DNA from: Hydrolagus affinis | Lineage: Eukaryota | Assembly (NCBI GenBank): GCA_012026655.1 | Contig: JAAILG010000454.1 | Location: forward strand, 1-64,000 | Length of the DNA stretch: 64,000 nt | Reading direction: 5' to 3' | In this document: positions 50,836 through 63,010 of the stretch, piece by piece | How positions within the stretch are numbered: the stretch's first letter is position 1 | Layout of the letters: each line of letters starts with the position of its first letter | Notes under the pieces: generated by a model | Database searches by the model: none | What the model was told of the DNA's origin: nothing | The model's input: the letters and a program-made list of their open reading frames with translations, nothing else | Translations under genes and position numbers: made by a program

Positions 50836-53800
50836 GTAGCAGGAAACAAACATTTATAAATCCTGCTTGCTTTGCACACCAGCACACATATATGTACAGA
50901 ATACTGTTTGCCATTTGCCTGTAATGCTGGTGTCTTTCGTAATAATCGAAAATAATTGACAGTGCCATCAGTTATTTTAAATCAATGTAAATGTCAATGT
51001 TGTATTTAATTTTGTTAATATGAAGTATATAATGGCTTTGCCAGGGAGCTGACGTTGCATTGATTGCAGTGGTATTTGTAGGCTCTTGTACGAGATTTTG
51101 ATTCCATAAGATTTATTCTGGAATACATTAGAACCTAGCATTTGTACGTCTGAGGAGTGAAAAATGAAGCTGTGCAACCCACTGCTTCATTCATTTCCTG
51201 GTGTTTTGAATACATTTAAGCTTGCATCACTTGTAAGGGTTACAAAAGGGATTTTTTTTAACTGTTTGAGATTATTGATGGGTCTACTTGGGGCAATAAC
51301 ACTACCTGTAATTGTTATTAAATGTGATGTCATACTCCATTAATGATAGCAAGCTGTGTGCATGAAGTACCATGTTGATAAAAAGCAATACCGTGGGTAG
51401 TTGTTTTCGTTCAAGATTTTTTTTGCTCATTTCATTAACATGAGCAGCACAGAAAGTGGGGAAAAAAAGTTGAAACATCAGGAATGAGCTGTGAATAGTT
51501 TTTCTTTTCCTCTTGATGCATGTAACATAGCACAGACTTGCAGTCTTCCACATATATAAATAGCTCAGTGACATATAGCCACATGCTTACTACCCAACCT
51601 AATAAAGTACAGGTGGAGTCTGCCAACAATGAGGGCTGCCTAGAAGCTACCCACGAGTGAGATTCAAAGGCCTTTCCTGGCTGTTCTTGGACCAGCGTGG
51701 CTGAAAGCTTGCCCATCGATGTTGTGGTTGATTGGACGGGGGCTGTAAAGCAGCCATTTGGCCCAACTAGTCTGTAGCACTCCTTACTTGTGTGGAGATC
51801 CTTCATTCATCTTTCTCCTGCCCTGCTTCCTGCCCTGCTTCCTTTCCTGCTTTTGGTAATCTTACTGATGTAGAAAATCCATGAATGACTGCATAGGAAA
51901 TGATGAAAGAAGTGGATGAATCTGCAGACTAATCTTAAGAGCCAATCCAGAACCCAAGGATCTGTGGGTGTGGATTTGGGATATAGTGAACATTAACAAT
52001 TTAAATTTATGTAGCCCTTTTCACTTAGGATAGTGTCTGATCACTTGACAAATGTGGTTGGATCCTGAGCATGGGAGAAGGTGATCATAGAGTTAGTGTT
52101 TAAGGTGAGACATAAAGACAGACTGAGAGGGGTAGAGGGAGTTCCAGAGGCTAGGAGTGTAGAATCTAAAAGTTTCATAGGTACTTTGCAATATTTTCAT
52201 ATACAAGGTTATTTTAAATATGCGGTATTATAAACTTTCAATTAAGAAAGTGACAATAAGGCACCCTTTTTTACAGCAAAGCAACACCAGGTAAATTTAA
52301 AGTAAAGCATTGCTTATACAGTTAAACCTTTATTTTTCTGTGTATCTTTCTTGAACATACCCTAGAGTCGGTGGCACAATTCAGCACTCTGTTTTTCTTA
52401 AATTAAGAAATATACGTACCAAGTCCTGCCCCACAGTTATAAAGAGTAGCATAAAATATATTGAAGAATTGGTAAGTAGTTTTTTTTAATAAAAACGTGA
52501 TATTGTACAAAGAAAGGAAGACTGCAGTTGTAATTACTTGCTGAATTCCTGGGAAGGAATGAGTTGAGTGGTGTGGAAGGCATATGAAAATCCTACTTTT
52601 GTAGCGATTGGTGAGAGAATTCACTTCTGTGATTTGATTATATATGAGGCATTCGCAGAATTAGTCATAAAATACTGAGTGATTTGCAATATGCTAACAG
52701 GCATGGCAGGACATGTCTACTAATTTGCCGTGTCCCAAAGCAAACCTCAATAGGAATCATATCCTAAACAAAATGCAGCTGTGAAATCACTGATTTCCAA
52801 TATCAAAATTATGTGACTGCATCTTCCATCAAATTCTCAGCTGAGACAGTAAATCTTGAAACAATTTTAAGGTACTTTGATTATCACTTACTGGTTTAAA
52901 CAGGTTCAGTCTCCTCTGTCTCTGACCCAGTGTGGTGTTTGTATTATAGCTGTTCGATTTTTAAAATTGTGCATATAGTTTTAAGAAATAAAACTTCATC
53001 ACACATTACAGTGACTAAAAAAAAGACTAAATTGTACATTTCAAAATAAAATCTTGAATGTTACAGAGACCTCTGTTGGTGAAAAGAAGACCTCAGGGAG
53101 ATCTTTTCATGCTCTCGTGGTAGATGTGGTGAGCTAAACAACTGTAAATCCACATGCCACAGAATTTCGTAGCCCAAGGATACACTAGACTTGATTTTAG
53201 TAGAACACAATGTGCACGTTTAAAGAGAATTTTGTATCGTAAATCATGGACAGAAGCAATGGGCTGCAGTTGTTAAAGCAGCATGAAATTTTAGTGTTTT
53301 GGTGATCCAAGAGACTTTACAGCATGTGCATTTTTTTATATGCAAGTTTTCTTTGTACCTTTGTTATTCTATTCTGAAATCTGCAGCTGTAAATGTCAGA
53401 TGAGATGTTTTACTGTTCTATTAATTATTGGCCATCACCAGTCTTGTCAGGCAGCTTTAAATATAACTGAACATTGGTCGCTATTAAGTGTGGCTTGAAA
53501 TTGTTTAAACATTTTTATGTTTTCCTGTAATTGGAGTGCTTGTGTAAAAACATTTGTAGGTATTACCATAATTAAACAAGTGTGGCTTTATTTAATACTG
53601 GAACTGAAAGGGAATGCAAATAGTATCATTCAATATTAAAATGTTATCATAATATTTTATTACATAAATATAGAAAATCTGCAGTTTAAGTCATGAATAA
53701 ATCCGAAGAGCTAATCCTCGGATAATGAAGTGATTTTGTTTCATTTCATATGCATTTTTATTGTTGCTTTTGCCAGTGCTATTGAAAGAATATTTAATGG

Positions 53801-54101
53801 AAGATTTATTTTCTTGAAATAACGCCGTTGTTTGTGTGATGTTGGGGTTTGCTGGTAGATTGCAGATTGTATATTGATTATTGCAAAATTGCAGAAAATC
53901 TTTTATTTTAATAACTTCTCCTGGAAACGTTGTCTCTATTAGCTACACATTGTCTCCTTTATTGTGGTTTACCATTCTCATAAAGGGGAAACCACAGACA
54001 GATCATCAGCTATTATCATGATAATATCAGTAGAGTTATGTGACAATTGTGTCTGTTAGCTCAATGCTGGATTGTTTGAATATGTCGAAAGTTTTGCATT
54101 G

Positions 54102-54295
54102 ACAACAACAACAAAATTACATTTGTATAGCGCCTTTCATGTTGGGAGAACAGTCAGTGGTTTGGACCCGAGCTGGGATGGGTGGAGGGAAGGGGGGTGA
54201 CCGATGGCACGGTTGAAGAGGAGGGTCTTGAGATGGGACTTAAGGGTGGTGTCTTAAGAGGGGGTGAAGCAGAAGGATTGCTGGATGGAATTCCA
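54102..54295 (-). mobile_element. L2 3' fragment
   Basis: (CAA)n AAATTACATTTGTATAGCGCCTTTCATG... is the reverse complement of the L2 tail at ~46750-47017. Confidence 0.7.
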
Positions 54296-54392
54296 AAGGT
54301 TGACCAGGAAATGCAGTTGTATTTCTCAAACTCAAGAAAGCATTTTCTGAATAATGATGAGATAAAGCTATTCCCACCATTCTTTATTATAT

Positions 54393-54823
54393 GTGTCAGA
54401 CTGGCTCAGAGTAGCATTTTCTCCTCTGAATCAGAAGGTTGTGAGTTTAAGCCTCACTCACATTGGTGTTTGAACTCACATCATCTACACTCACACTCCA
54501 ATGCAGTGCTGTGGATATGTTGCATTGTTGAAGATACTATCCTTTGTATAAGACTTGAAATTGAGATCCCATCTCCCTCTTCAGGTGGATGTTGAAGATC
54601 CAATGGCACTATATGAAAGAGAATGGAGTTTCTCCCAGTATCCTGGCCAACAATACCCAAATTTTTAAAAAGTTGGTAATTCCCTCCATGCCTGTTTGTA
54701 GGACATTGCTATCTGCAACTGGCTGGTGCATTTCTCCCATGAAATACACAGTCAATCCACTTAATCCACTTAATAGTATATCCTTTGAAGCATTTTGAGG
54801 ATGTGATAAGGCGCAATATCAAA
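54393..54823 (+). mobile_element. Old Deu-domain SINE (SacSINE1/AmnSINE-like), near full length
   Basis: Degenerate tRNA head (GGCTCAG..TAGCA..CTCTGAATCAGAAGGTTGTGAGTT), Deu-like core (AAGATCCAATGGCACTAT..GAAAGAG..GGAGTTTCTCCCAGTATCCTGGCCAAC) and L2-like tail. Family assignment is from recall. Confidence 0.65.
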
Positions 54824-55257
54824 ATGGAGTGAACAGTGCTAGGCTGAGTATTGCTTTACTACATTTAGGGCAGGAAATTGCAGTATTATAATTGAAATAT
54901 AGCAAAGTGTTTTGGAAGCAGTCTTGGTTGGGTAGACTTAAAATTCAGCTGTAAAACAATAATCTCGAGATTGCAGGAAGTAATTCACTCACATAATTTG
55001 TCATTGTCAAATTGATTGACTGCATCATTTTATTTATATTTTTGTTTCATATTAAAGAATTTCATCCTTGTTTTTATTAAAATAATTTTGATGTAAATCA
55101 TGGCCTTTCCAAACATGCACCTGCAAACTTATGACCTATTTGTTTCATCCACCCATACAGATTTTAAACTAAATAATTTTTGTCTTATCAATTTATGCAA
55201 TATCATTGATGATTATCTATATTTTTTTCAATACAGTGAATATGTAGAAGATAGCCA

Positions 55258-55570
55258 GCCATGCCAGTGCAGTACTGAAAGAGTGGTGTCTGCTGGATTA
55301 AAGATCCTGTAGGACACCGATGAATGCCCTATACAATCTTTAGGGCATTCAATGAACAGGGAGTTCTCAAAGTGTCCCCTGGCCAAAAATGCCCCTCTCC
55401 CAAATTTAGCAAAATAGATTAATTGGTCATTCATCTCATTGCTGCTTGTTCAATATTGCTGGCACAGGATATCTTTAGCCTGCATAATAGCAGTCACTAA
55501 AGGTCAAAGTAACTCATTGTGTAAAATGCTTTGAGACTTTTCAATATAATAATGTGTTCTATCAAATACA
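55258..55570 (+). mobile_element. Decayed Deu-domain SINE
   Basis: CCAGTGCAGTACTGA, AAAGATCC.., GGGAGTTCTC..CCTGGCCAA, CTCATTGCTG and GCTTTGAGAC tail, similar to the 54393 copy. Confidence 0.55.
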
Positions 55571-55754
55571 GGTATTATTAATATTACACTGTTAGTGCAG
55601 TACTCTTCAGGAAAAAAAACAGTTGGTGGATAACCTTTTGGAAATGAGTTTTATTTTATTTTCATATCCTATATCTGAATGTTAATACCTTATGAATAAT
55701 TTGTTTTTATGGAATCTGAAAAATTGCTTTTCTGAAATTGCATCTTACAATTGT

Positions 55755-55925
55755 GGCAAAGCAGGAGATGGCTATTCGGTTTATTAGATCTTGGCAGATC
55801 TTTTAATCTCAATGCCTGCCCTTTCACCATGCCCTTTAATGCCTCTATTGTCCAAGTAGCTGTTTGTTTCTAGTTTAAGCATCCCTATTGATTCTGCCTA
55901 GACAGCCTTCTTGGGTAGACAGTCA
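55755..55925 (-). mobile_element. Decayed CR1-type LINE 3' end
   Basis: GCAGGAGATGGCTATTCGG...CCTGCCCTTTCACCATGCCCTTT...ACAGCCTTCTTGGGTAGA resembles CR1 3' termini (recalled). Confidence 0.4.
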
Positions 55926-56947
55926 CTAAATTAGTATTCAAATGGATTAGTATTTTGAAAACCAGCAACTCCAGAATAGTTACTGTATATGACAGTCTTG
56001 GGTTGAGAAGATGGCAGAATAGAGACTGGAAACTGTGTGACAATGTGTCTAGTTTAGGGTGGTCTAAAAATTAACAGAGGGCAATTAACGCTACAGCATC
56101 TGTCTTAAACAAGCTTAGTACCAATATAGTGCAAACCTAGAAAATATTTAGCAGCACACTAATCTATCATAGAACACCTACATTAGATTTTCATTACATT
56201 TAGCAATTAAAATGTACTTTTATGTTATGCTGAGTCGAGTGACCTCAGTCGACAAATGATTGCATCTAAATGTTTCTTAAGAAAATGTGATTTACCAGTG
56301 AAACATATTCCTATCAGTACATGAATAAATCTTATAATTGCAAAAGGACTTAACTAAATTTGTGTAAACTCTTTTCAAGCATCAAATAAAGAAGCTTAAA
56401 TTTACTCTTTCTTAAAAATGTGACTTGACTAATTTGCCTCTTTAAATTCTCTTTCCTAGAATATTCCAGCTGTAATATAAACAAATGAATTATAAAAAAA
56501 AGAATTGTAGAAGCACTCAATTAACTGCTTTTAATACTTACATGATACAGTATAACTTTTTGGGTGTTAAGTCATGTTGGCATTTAATGTTTGGCATTTA
56601 AAGTAATTCTGAGAGAACATCAGCTAAGGTACTATTAAAAAAAAATGATGCATTACCATTATTATTACTTAGCCTCACTTTATATTTAGGAGATCATTTT
56701 TGCTTTAATTTCTGTTATATCAGATGACCTTTTTGGTAACCGTAGACAGCCAATATGATGGTAATCCTTCAGTGCAAAATTAGGGTTCCTGGTGTTCGGA
56801 GGAAAGTACATGCAGCTAGTGGCATTTTGCATGAAACGGATAGAAACTGTTGTTTTTATATCACTTTTAATTCACAATTGAGTCTCTGTGCCGTTACATT
56901 TCCTGTACAGTACTGTATTTATTTAGTGTGTGCCTTTGTTTTCACAG

Positions 56948-56995
56948 CTGCAGAACCTTGGCCAGAAAATGCAATGCTGTATCAACCATTGAAGG
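56948..56995 (+). CDS. MTX2: Metaxin-2 coding exon 2 ([15 protein letters not shown])
   Basis: Acceptor TTTTCACAG, 48 nt, donor G|GTAGG. Peptide matches MTX2 [15 protein letters not shown]. Confidence 0.93.
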
Positions 56996-57773
56996 GTAGG
57001 CATTCATTTTTAGATTAAATACCGTAATTGTTCACAAGCACAGTTAAATAATTACCATGTTTTTCCAAATGAAGAAAACTGACTCTTTATGCAGTGAGCT
57101 ACATTGTTTAGCACGAGGAGGTTCAGGGCATGTGGCAGAATTTTTCAGTATTTGGTGCTATTATGCCTGTCTATTAAAAGGTTTTACCCAACATCTGTCT
57201 GTCAACATAAACCAGCCATTCATGAAGTCTAACCTTCATGGTTTATTATTGAGCCATTATAGCTATCGGCTCCCATAAGTAGTTATGTGGCTGCAGATCC
57301 TATTGACAGATTTACCAACAATTAGGATATGATTTGTAGATGCGGCAGATTTTTAAATATTATGGTGAACTTCAGTCTCATTAAAAAAGACCTGTTAAAA
57401 TCCTGCACACTAGCAGAGATAGTTCAGGTTTCCTTTAGCAGCTCTTCATATATCATCAGCTCATGTTAAGGCCCCCATTTGGGGCACAGCAGCCTGCTCC
57501 AGTTGTCAGAAGACTGCAAAGTAATGAAGACTAATGGGTTGCTGCCCCAGTCCTCCAAACCAAGGAATTTTTATTGCAGTGAACTTGTCATCTTTCTTCC
57601 CTCTGACAGACTGAAATGTTTTATAATATTAACTTCAAACAGCTTTTTTAAGAACAATATTTGAGACATTTCTCACTTTTAAGTAAACAATGCAAAATGA
57701 TTGTGGTGTACTAATGGTCCGATTCAGGTGATAAAATTGCCTTCTAAATGACTTTTGTCCTCTCATTATGCAG

Positions 57774-57820
57774 GGGAACAGATCTTGCTGTCAGACAATG
57801 CTTCATGTCTTGCTGTTCAG
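57774..57820 (+). CDS. MTX2: Metaxin-2 coding exon 3 ([15 protein letters not shown]); no further exon recognised in the window
   Basis: Acceptor TGCAG, 47 nt, donor CAG|GTAGG. Matches MTX2 [15 protein letters not shown] and is in frame with exon 2. Confidence 0.93.
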
Positions 57821-58246
57821 GTAGGAATACCAACATAGTCTTGTATTCTCAGTGTTAAGGGTCAACTAACAAGATTTGACACAAAATGTTTTATCAGCTT
57901 GAAAGGAAACCGAGCAGTTGTTGGAATGGTACCTACTTTGATAATTTATATGAAACTCATTGAAACTTGTTTAGGTTGGAAATATAGTTCATTTGGCAGA
58001 AAAAAAAAATGCCTGTCAGGAAACTAATAGAAGCCAGTTAATGGTGACCCAAAGATTATTTATTCAGAAATATGAGCTCAAAGGTGAATGCTGTACTCAA
58101 TTTCAGAACTTCACTTTGATTTTACTATTGTATGTAAAATAATTTGTAATATATCATTTTATAACTTCTAGGATATAGTTTTGCAGAAAGTGTGGTTCAG
58201 GTTTTTAAAAAAATATTCTGCGTTAATGGACTGAGATTTCACTGGT

Positions 58247-58346
58247 NNNNNNNNNNNNNNNNNNNNNNNNNNNNNNNNNNNNNNNNNNNNNNNNNNNNNN
58301 NNNNNNNNNNNNNNNNNNNNNNNNNNNNNNNNNNNNNNNNNNNNNN
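58247..58346. other. Assembly gap (100 N)
   Basis: Run of N. Confidence 0.99.
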
Positions 58347-59763
58347 TTGTTGTTGTTATGTATAAATCTATTTAACAGTAAGATTGTTATCTTCTTTGAG
58401 GCACATTTATGTGTTCAGGAATTCAAATGCTTAAAATTATTGGATTTTTCTGGGCAACTTTCACTTTGAAAAAGCTTAGTTACATGTAACTGTAGCTCAG
58501 TGTACCCTTCTCAGGGTGTCTTATTGATATAGTGCTGTTTTTCTTATGATGTTTAATTTAAAGTAGTTTATTTCCTTCATATCAAATTTTATAGTTTCAT
58601 CGTATAAATTTAAGATTTTTATAAAACAACTTCATATGCATTTGACCTGAACCCCTTTCTCAGTATTCAATACTTACCAATATGTAGTCTTATTCAGTAT
58701 TGGTTTTGCATTCGTTAAGAGTTATTTAAAGCCAGTATTCACCCAATTTCAAGGTCTTTGGAGGGTATACTAATTTTAGCCTAGTTTTCTCCTCTTCGCT
58801 TCTTCTGAAGGGTTGTGACATTTTTCCTTATGTTGGTGCACTGATTCTTAGGAATCCAGTTCGTCATTATTTGTTTGCATCTTGACACTAGGTCTTGGCT
58901 GTGTATTGAAGTGGGTGCAATGCTGTCCTTTAATTCTAACAGCAGGTATTTATATAATGATCAGTTGGAAAGCATTGCTGCTTTTATTGTCCCTAAATCA
59001 GGTGTGTTGAGGCCAGTGGGATCAAAAAACCCGGCGTACATACTCCTGAAAGGAATTGTTTAAAAAAAGATGAATTCTGAACAAAGTGAAGAGGGCAAAT
59101 GAGCAGACAGATGATTGGCTTTCATTCCTAAGTTGTTGGCACATCTGGTTGTTATCCGAAAGGAAGAAGAGTAGTTTGTTAAAATGAATGAGACAAATGG
59201 AATACAATTGGGGTACAGGGAAGCTATGATGTAGATGGATCTTTATGGCCTTAATATGCTGGAAAATACACTAAAATGTAATTGAATTCTAGTTCATGGT
59301 AGTTTTTCTCAAGGGATCTTTTCATACCAATAAATGCCACATTTGGCTTTTGACTCTGGTAGCTGGAAGAGTCTGCCAAACGCTACCATAAGTAATTCAG
59401 CATGTACCAAATCCATGCACGATTTGCATTGCTTACGTGTATAAGGTAATGCACAGAACTGATGCGTGCAAAATGGTGGCAATTGTGCATGCACACATAC
59501 ACACACAATGGTGAAACCATTGCATGTGTAAGACCACCAAACTCACGTGCCAGTCCCTTTTGTTTTTGATCATCGGGTGTCTGAAACATTCGGAAACCCG
59601 TCACCATGCTTAAGAGTATCCAAACCAAGCTGAGATTTCCATGCATCCTACCTACACATGGAAATTCCACAGCAATTAGCTTATGGGCAAAAGCTTTGGT
59701 TAGTTTACAATTGTGCCAACGACAACACTTTGCTATTGGCAAACAAGTAAGCTAAACATGGTA

Positions 59764-60479
59764 CGGTAAAAGCGCGTTTATCCAGCACTAGCGGGACCTG
59801 GCCAGTGCCAGTTAAAGCGCCTGCCGGATAGTCGGGCGGCCAGCGGCTGAAAACCACCAAACAAAAATTAAAGTTCTTTTAACACACCAGACTAAATAAT
59901 AACAGCTAATAACAGAATATTGTATTGGTACTTATTGTTAAAACTACTCTCTTGCACTTCTCACCTTTACTGATTGAGGTTTACAGTCCAGCGATTCTTT
60001 TTTAAATGGAGGACGCCAAGCGGGTGAAAAAAACGGCTGCGTGATTTTAAAGTCGCACGACTTTACTAGCGGCAAGCCGATAGCCCTAGACTTTACAAAC
60101 GAAAATACTGCACCTGCGCGACAATGTGGGTTATTGGCTAGCGTTATCGGCTTGCCGCTAGTATGGTTTTAAAGTCGAGCTCCATTTTTTTCACCCGCTT
60201 GGCGTGCTCCATTTTAAAAAGAATCGCTGGATTATAAACCTCAACCGCAGCATGATGGCTTCAAGCGCAGCATCTACCAGCAAAGGTGAGAAGCGCAAGA
60301 GAGTAGTTTTAACAATAAGTACTAATACAATATTGTGTTATTATGTTATTATTTATGCATTTAGCTCCACTGCTATTGTTCCGGATAAGTTCCAGTTTAT
60401 TGAATGGGGACTTTTTTTTGGCGTGCCCATTATACGGAAGTGCTGGTTCATCGAGTCACAGATAAACGGGCTTCTACTG
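59764..60479. mobile_element. Non-autonomous Tc1/mariner-superfamily (Tigger/pogo-like) element with internal fold-back
   Basis: TA on both sides. TIRs CGGTAAAAGCGCGTTTATC and (reverse complement) CAGTAGAAGCCCGTTTATC. Vestigial transposase start MMASSAASTSKGEKRKRVVLTI at 60252. Confidence 0.8.
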
Positions 60480-60650
60480 TATTTTGGAACTTATGCCGCT
60501 TTCAGCATGAATGCTCTCTTAAGAGAATAATTTCCTATTCATGTGCATGTAGGAGGATTTACATTTAAATGTAATATAGTTTGATTTTTAAAAAAAAGCT
60601 TTGCAAAGTACTTGTTAAATATTCTAACCACAAACATATTAAATATTCTA

Positions 60651-60800
60651 AATTGTACCTAATACCTTTCGGATGCCCAAGGCCTTCCCGACATGAAAGA
60701 TGCTATAAAAATGTAATTCTGTTGTTGTTGATATACAGAAAATATCCATCCGAAAGGTATTAGGTACAATTCCCAACGTGAAAGGCGCTATACAAATGTA
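60651..60800. repeat. Perfect 25-bp inverted repeat (60651-60675 / 60747-60771) interleaved with two L2 tail fragments
   Basis: AATTGTACCTAATACCTTTCGGATG and its exact reverse complement; L2 tails at ~60685-60730 and ~60772-60800. Confidence 0.85.
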
Positions 60801-62940
60801 GGATTTACAGCATTTAATGTACTTGGTTACTGTGAATTCTAAATAATTGTTGCTTTTTCTTTCTTGAAGTCAATACAATTGCAACGTTTTTGCTGTAAGA
60901 TACATACAGTCATATTCAGACAAGTTACAGTTGCAATTTTGATAGCTTTTTATGGTCATAGAATCTTCTATAAAGATTGCTTTTAATATATAAATATGGT
61001 CTGGGCTTTTCGCACTACTAGAAATAATGTATTTTTATGTAGGTTCTGAAAGCTTCACTGCTGCTTAAAGTTATGTAACGTTTGATATACTTTTCACTCA
61101 AGTGATGATGTGTTCTATTGTTAATGTTTTTCCTACAAATAACAGAAATAAATATTTTAATATTCAATAGAAAACCCTTCCAAAACAAATTATAGCAGAA
61201 GCTACATCACTATACAAGAAAAACAATTTAAACTTTAGTATTGTGTACACTGCAGTTTTCATATTGAGCTCAGGAGTGAAAATGCATATATAGTCCATTG
61301 CATCATTTTCTTTAATATTAAGTTACAGGTGGAAATTAAATTGTGTTGTTGAAAATTCTGCATTGACTGATGTGAGGAATGGTTTAGCTTAACAGATCTG
61401 GTCAGTAGACATACGCAATCGCCAGTGGTATAAAACAAATAGTGAGTTGCTGGTAAAATTACAGGTGACTGTACAATGCATTCATCTATCATTTCTGGAC
61501 CTCACTTGTACTAATGCTGAATGAACAACAATAACATCGCTTAATGCCATTTGTACAGTCCATAGCTGCATGTGAAATGGATTGATTTTGAAAATGATTA
61601 CGGCTGGATGGTAAATTACATTCGCACGATTAAGGAAATTTGTTCAGTGTTTAAACTAGTACTTAATATAATTAGGGTCTTAATTTGTGTTAAACTACAA
61701 GTAGAGCCATTAGCCTAACTGGATTAGGAATTTGTTCTGACTCAGAGATGAGGAATGATGCAGTGCAGTTTTCATTTGTAACCACGGACACATACGTTGA
61801 ATTACAGACTCTGTAAGTTTAAATGTGAAAGCAGCTTCAGGGTCCAGCCGTATGTATTTATAGATATAATAATTTACAACTGCAAAATAAAATGCAGTAC
61901 CTGTATTTTAGAAAATGTTTAAAATACAATTGAGATTAATTCTTGCATTTGTGCCTAAATTAAACTTAGAAGAAATAAACTCTTTGTGAAATACCAATAT
62001 TTGTACTGGAAATGAAGTTGCATTGCACAATAGCATGGACACAGTTTAGGGAATAATCCATTCGAGTGCAGTATTTCTAATGCACTCAGATTTCTTTGAG
62101 AACATAAATATTCTTGTTTTACAGCCAGGACATTATTGAATTCTGTACTCTGCTCAATCCGAAATTGCAGGCTCCAGCAATGAATTCCTGCCTTTATATG
62201 CTTTGGAACATTTACGTATCAAAATAATTGAAAAATAATAATCACGTGCACGTAGAAAACTAGAACTAGAAAATTCCCATTGTAATTGGCAAGGGTCTAA
62301 TGTAATTTTTAAAAACATTGTGCTTCTCATTGAGCATATTAGTGAGATAAACTTGACGATAATTGTAGATAAACAATAATTCTTGAGTGTTTAGATAGAT
62401 GAAAAGTTAAACAATTCACTACAAATATATAAGAACTGTTAATTTTACAGTAAAGTAAACATTAAATTTATTTTCTATATGTAGTTTGTAGCACTTTAAA
62501 TATTGCAGTTACACTTTGCTAAAGTCAAATCTTTGATAGGATTATTTTCTGTCAGCAACAATTCCATTATTTGCTGATGCTGCTTCACACTTGTGTTGTT
62601 TAACTTTAGTTGTAGAGAATGGTGACAGTATCATTGGTTTATAGTTGAAAAGAATATGTGCCCTCAGAGTTCTAGAAATTCAGTGACTTCCTCATATTTG
62701 ACCTTGACATTGTACCAAGAGGGCTCTAAATGGTGCCAGCATTAACATCGCAGGACCATGATACTAAATTATGACTTATGGTTCTTGTAGAAAAAGTGTT
62801 TGGTAACTTTCCCAAGTCAAATATATAGAAAAAAGCATTAATGCCTGTTCATACAAGAATAGTTGTTTTCTAAAATGTAAAGTTCTTTTAGTATTTTAAC
62901 CATATACATTAAATTGGGGATACATTAAGATGGAAATGTG

Positions 62941-63010
62941 CAACATAACAACAACAACTTCAATTTATATAGCGCCCTCCATGCCGGACGGCATCTCAGA
63001 GCGCTTGAAC
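62941..63010 (-). mobile_element. L2/SINE-type 3' tail fragment
   Basis: (CAA)n CTTCAATTTATATAGCGCCCTCCATGCCGGACGGCATCTCAGAGCGC. Confidence 0.6.
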
